Shown here: one piece after another, positions 61,042 through 64,000 of the stretch
How the letters are laid out: each line of letters starts with the position of its first letter
Numbering within the stretch: position 1 is the first letter of the stretch
NCBI GenBank assembly: GCA_030038175.1
Contig: JASHPN010000234.1
Coordinates: 5,168-69,167 of the forward strand
DNA from: Verrucomicrobiia bacterium
GTDB lineage: Bacteria; Verrucomicrobiota; Verrucomicrobiia; Limisphaerales; UBA11358
Direction: 5' to 3'
DNA: 64,000 bases
Translations under genes and position numbers: made by a program
The notes under the pieces: model-generated
Database searches by the model: none
What the model was told of the DNA's origin: nothing
Seen by the model: only the letters and a program-made list of their open reading frames with translations

Positions 61042-61225
61042 ATCCGGCGCAGCCGCTGACTGAGTGCCCTGAAGTGGGCACAGGATAGTAGCCCCGTAAG
61101 CGAGTCTTCGCCCGTCGCGCCGTAGCCGAGCGGAGGCGGAAGCGCCACCCCGGGTTGGGCGCACCCCAAATTAACCGCTCATTGCGAAGGCGCGCGTTAG
61201 CGCGAATCTGATATGCGGCTCAATC
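61042..61225 (+). repeat. Structured interspersed repeat, family C, copy 3 (longest)
   Basis: ATCCGGCGCAGCCGCTGACTGAGTGCCCTGAAGTGGGCAC (hairpin GTGCCC/GGGCAC) ...TAGTAGCC... CCGCTCATTGCGAAGGCGCGCGTTAGCGCGAATCTGATATGCGGCT. Confidence 0.75.
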
Positions 61226-61335
61226 CGATCGCCGATGTGAGTGAAGGATTGACACCCCCTGTATAATTGCCGAACCAAGCAGTTTATCGTCCGAAAGGCC
61301 GAAGGCACAAACACCCTAAAATAAAGAAAATCCGC

Positions 61336-63735
61336 ATGAAAACGATTCGCTCGATTAATATCCCCTCGTTTCTGATTGCCATGGCGCTGGCATTATTCAC
61401 CGGCGCGAACTGGGCCGCGGCCCAGGGCACCGCATTCACTTATCAGGGCCAGCTCCAGAACAATGGCAGTCCGGCCAACGGGAGCTACAATCTGCAATTC
61501 ACCCTCTACACCAATTCGGACGGCGGCACGGCGGTGGCCGGGCCGATTACGAACAACGCCGTGGCCATCACCAACGGGCTGTTCATCGTGACGCTCGATT
61601 TTGGTCCCGGCCCGTGGAACGGCCAAAGCAACTGGTTGCAAGCCGCCGTCGAAACCAACTCCGACGCCGCCACCTTCACCATCCTCACTCCCCTTCAGCC
61701 AATCATGCCCGTTCCTTACGCGCTCTATGCGGAATCCGGCGGCACAGCGACGGCATTGGCCAGTGGCACGGCCCTGGGTTCGGGTTCGGGCAACAACATT
61801 GCAAATGGTGTGACCGGTGCTTTCATCGGTGGCGGGGCGGACAATAGTATCCAAATCGGCGCAGGTTATGCCGTAATCGCCGGTGGCAATTATAACACCA
61901 ATGAGGGTGAATTTGATACTGTGGGCGGTGGGGTGGGCAACACCGCGAGTGGCTATATTGCGACCGTCAGCGGCGGCAGCGCCAACGCTGCCAGCGGACC
62001 ATGGGCGACGGTGGGGGGTGGCCTGAGTGACACTGCCAGCGGTGTCTATTCGACATTGAGCGGCGGGGCTGAAAATACCAGCAGTGCCGACAGCGCAACG
62101 GTGGGCGGCGGTGTAAATAACACTGCCAGCGGCCAGTTCGCCACGGTGGCCGGTGGCGGCGGCAATACCGCCAGCAATGACGTTGCAACTGTGGCCGGTG
62201 GCCAGTTGAACACTGCGGGCGGCCAGGCGGCCGCCGTGGGCGGCGGCAACGGCAACATCGCCAGTGGCGCAAATGCAACGGTCAGTGGCGGCTATCAAAA
62301 CATTGCCGGCGGTTACAATGCGACTGTGAGCGGCGGCCAGGCGGACGCCGCTACGGGCGATTTCTCGACTGTAGGCGGCGGCAACGGCAACACCGCCAGC
62401 GGCATTGGTTCCTTCATTGGCGGCGGCGGATATGATGACAATACCTTTGATGGAAATAATAACGCAGGCAATGCCGCCGTCATTGTCGGCGGATTGGGCA
62501 ACCTCATCCAAACAAACGCCAATTGGGCTTTCATCGGAGCCGGCGATCAGAATACTAATTGCGGCCAATATGCGGCGGTGGTCGGTGGCCAATTCAACAC
62601 CGCAGGCAGTAATTACGCCACGGTATTCGGCGGCTACGGCAACGTTGCCGGCGGCGTCGCTTCTTTCATTGGTGCCGGAGGTTATGACGGGGTCAACTCT
62701 GACGGAAATGCAAATCAAGGCAACGCCGCCGCACTTGTCGGCGGAATGGGGAATATCGTTCAGAGCGGGGCCGATTACTCTTTCATTGGCGATGGCGTCG
62801 GCAACAGTGCGAACGGTCAATATTCCTCGGTAGTCGGTGGCTCATACAACACAGCTAGTGGCGATTATTCGATGGTGGGCGGCGGCAGCGACAATGTTGC
62901 CGGCGGGCTTGGTTCCTTCGTTGGCGGAGGCGGCGACGCCGGGTTCGACAGGTTCGTTATTAGTGGAAACACCTGTCAAGGCGACGAAGCTGCCATCGTT
63001 GGCGGGTTGGACAACTTTATACAAGCCGGCGCGAATTACGCGTTCCTTGGCGCCGGCGCTTTTAATACCGCCAGTGGCTATGCCTCTGCTGTGCCTGGTG
63101 GGCAATACAACATCGCTTCCGGCAATACCAGTTTTGCCGCGGGTGACAACGCTCAGGCCACCAACGATTACACCTTCGTCTGGAGCGACGGCAGCACCAA
63201 CACCGGTTCGACCGGCATCAGTCAATTTGTCGCCCGCGCCAGCGGCGGATTCTATTTTTACACCAGCAGCGGTTCCGTCGGCGCGGAATTGCCCGCCAAC
63301 AGCGGTTCATGGAGTTCGATGAGCGATCGCAATGCCAAGGATGATTTTACCACGGTCAACCCCGAAACCGTGCTGGCCGCCGTGGCGGCGTTGCCCATGA
63401 CCACCTGGAGTTACAAAACCGAGCATGGCGTCCGGCATATCGGGCCTATGGCCCAGGATTTTTACGCTGCTTTCAACGTGGGCGAAGACAACCGCCATAT
63501 CGCCGACGTGGACGAAGGTGGCGTGGCCCTGGCCGCCATACAAGGACTGAATGAAAAGTTGGAGCGGAAAGCAGTAATCCAGATTGACGAACTCAAAACC
63601 GAAAACACGAAACTGCAGGCACAAGTCGAAGATTTGCAATCCCAACTCGCCACCCTGCAAAAAGACGTCGCCCAACTCGCCGGCCAGTCCGCCAGAAACC
63701 GCGCAATGATGACTCAACCGCAACGCGCTCCATAA
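61336..63735 (+). CDS. Secreted tail-fibre-like surface protein: beta-helix Gly-rich repeats + Peptidase S74 intramolecular-chaperone domain + C-terminal coiled coil
   Basis: From ATG 61336 the protein begins MKTIRSINIPSFLIAMALALFTGANWAAAQGTAFTYQGQLQNNGSPANGSYNLQFTLY. It has many GGxxNTASGxxATVxGG repeats. The S74-type region reads SDRNAKDDFTTVNPETVLAAVAALPMTTWSYKTEHGVRHIGPMAQDF...GGVALAAIQGLNEKL. The heptad-rich tail reads ELKTENTKLQAQVEDLQSQLATLQKDVAQL. Confidence 0.8.
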   Translation: MKTIRSINIPSFLIAMALALFTGANWAAAQGTAFTYQGQLQNNGSPANGSYNLQFTLYTNSDGGTAVAGPITNNAVAITNGLFIVTLDFGPGPWNGQSNWLQAAVETNSDAATFTILTPLQPIMPVPYALYAESGGTATALASGTALGSGSGNNIANGVTGAFIGGGADNSIQIGAGYAVIAGGNYNTNEGEFDTVGGGVGNTASGYIATVSGGSANAASGPWATVGGGLSDTASGVYSTLSGGAENTSSADSATVGGGVNNTASGQFATVAGGGGNTASNDVATVAGGQLNTAGGQAAAVGGGNGNIASGANATVSGGYQNIAGGYNATVSGGQADAATGDFSTVGGGNGNTASGIGSFIGGGGYDDNTFDGNNNAGNAAVIVGGLGNLIQTNANWAFIGAGDQNTNCGQYAAVVGGQFNTAGSNYATVFGGYGNVAGGVASFIGAGGYDGVNSDGNANQGNAAALVGGMGNIVQSGADYSFIGDGVGNSANGQYSSVVGGSYNTASGDYSMVGGGSDNVAGGLGSFVGGGGDAGFDRFVISGNTCQGDEAAIVGGLDNFIQAGANYAFLGAGAFNTASGYASAVPGGQYNIASGNTSFAAGDNAQATNDYTFVWSDGSTNTGSTGISQFVARASGGFYFYTSSGSVGAELPANSGSWSSMSDRNAKDDFTTVNPETVLAAVAALPMTTWSYKTEHGVRHIGPMAQDFYAAFNVGEDNRHIADVDEGGVALAAIQGLNEKLERKAVIQIDELKTENTKLQAQVEDLQSQLATLQKDVAQLAGQSARNRAMMTQPQRAP
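62410..63165 (+). repeat. Three tandem 252-nt (84-aa) coding repeats inside the tail-fibre-like gene
   Basis: The units start at 62410 (SFIGGGGYDDNTFDGNNNAGNAAVIVGG...), 62662 (SFIGAGGYDGVNSDGNANQGNAAALVGG...) and 62914 (SFVGGGGDAGFDRFVISGNTCQGDEAAIVGG...). Confidence 0.85.
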
Positions 63736-63826
63736 TTCGGAGCGCGGCTGTGTGCGACAGCACCAACCGCAGCAGTTAGGCATACCTCCGACGAGCAAAA
63801 GCCTTGCGACGATCTAATTTTTCCGC

Positions 63827-63866
63827 GCTGCGACTGGTCCCGCAGACGGGACACAGTCGCGCTCCG
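63827..63866 (-). repeat. Palindromic interspersed repeat, family D, copy 2 (inverted orientation)
   Basis: GCTGCGACTGGTCCCGCAGACGGGACACAGTCGCGCTCCG is the reverse complement of 28251..28290, with 38/40 positions matching. Confidence 0.8.
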
Positions 63867-63917
63867 GGAGCGCGTTTCCATCTTCCATTTTCAATCCTCC
63901 ATCCTCTTTAGCCGCAG

Positions 63918-64000
63918 CTAACCTCTCAGCGGCAACCGAATGGTAAACGTCGCACCCCGCCCGGGTCCTTCGCTGTGCGCCTGGATCGAGCCTTCATGCA
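63918..64000 (-). CDS. C-terminal end of a sensor histidine kinase (HATPase_c tail); gene start lies beyond the right edge
   Basis: Manual minus-strand translation gives ...HEGSIQAHSEGPGRGATFTIRLPLRG, with the stop TAG at 63920-63918. This is the classic G2-box/end of the ATP-binding domain. It is absent from the ORF track because it is truncated. Confidence 0.55.
   Translation of the reverse strand, partial: HEGSIQAHSEGPGRGATFTIRLPLRG

Noticed and set aside
61393-62820. 475-aa minus-strand ORF opposite the tail-fibre-like gene
   Set aside because: This is an antisense shadow of the Gly-codon-rich repeats (GGC/GCC symmetry keeps the opposite frame open). The plus-strand product has a signal peptide and an S74 domain.
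61900-63165. Regularly spaced short repeats that could be mistaken for a CRISPR-like array
   Set aside because: The periodicity is in-frame coding repeats (about 14-aa GGxxNTASG units and three 84-aa units) inside one long ORF. There are no unique spacers and no cas genes.
61336-63735. Prophage interpretation of the tail-fibre-like gene
   Set aside because: No capsid, terminase, integrase, baseplate or lysis genes flank it. The neighbours are a U32 peptidase and a histidine kinase, and the protein has a Sec signal peptide.
1-64000. tRNA, rRNA, riboswitch, transposase/integrase, toxin-antitoxin or recognisable defence-system genes
   Set aside because: I found none by eye in any intergenic gap or ORF. 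I cannot run tRNAscan-SE, Rfam or a defence-system finder here, so this is absence of evidence only.

Overview
This is a G+C-rich chromosomal window with hallmarks of the PVC superphylum, probably Verrucomicrobiota. The hallmarks are PEP-CTERM proteins, a DUF1559/H-X9-DG-type pseudopilin, giant autotransporter-associated beta-strand-repeat proteins, and several families of short palindromic interspersed repeats. Positions ~1.3-28.2 kb form a glucuronoxylan-utilisation locus arranged as three operons. Operon 1 (minus strand): 1662-aa beta-helix protein, pseudopilin, SGNH esterase, GH2, GH30-beta-helix fusion. Operon 2 (plus strand): GH8, GH115, DUF2264-like, unknown secreted protein. Operon 3 (minus strand): GH3, GPH symporter, GH10. 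All three upstream regions, and that of an adjacent PEP-CTERM gene, carry variants of one 18-bp palindrome, ATACGACAAATGTCGTAT. The remaining ~36 kb is mostly envelope and housekeeping genes: a second DUF2264-like protein, DUF2950, a Gfo/Idh/MocA oxidoreductase plus DegT aminotransferase pair with an ArnT-like glycosyltransferase and pgsA, apgM, and a reduced pqiAB. It continues with a CHASE3-PAS sensor ending in a Cys-rich module, a ygfZ-like gene, a second GH2, an MlaF-like ATPase, and plsY translationally coupled to a GNAT/class-V aminotransferase fusion. The last part holds yggS, an EVE protein, a Ser/Thr kinase, a CBS-containing site-2 protease, glgB, GH43, an SMP-30 lactonase, a second PEP-CTERM protein, a U32 peptidase and an S74 tail-fibre-like surface protein. 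I saw no rRNA, tRNA, CRISPR, transposase or integrase. The ORF track uses ATG/GTG/TTG starts (all shown as M) and lists complete ORFs only, so many starts were trimmed to internal ATGs. Two edge-truncated genes (1..1116 minus, 63918..64000 minus) were found by manual translation. I cannot demonstrate a clear new multi-gene system. The most unusual items are the shared operator, the pseudopilin/beta-helix/PEP-CTERM content of the xylan locus, palindromic repeats carried in frame inside two genes, a ~150-185 nt structured repeat family, the Cys-rich sensor output and the plsY-coupled fusion enzyme.
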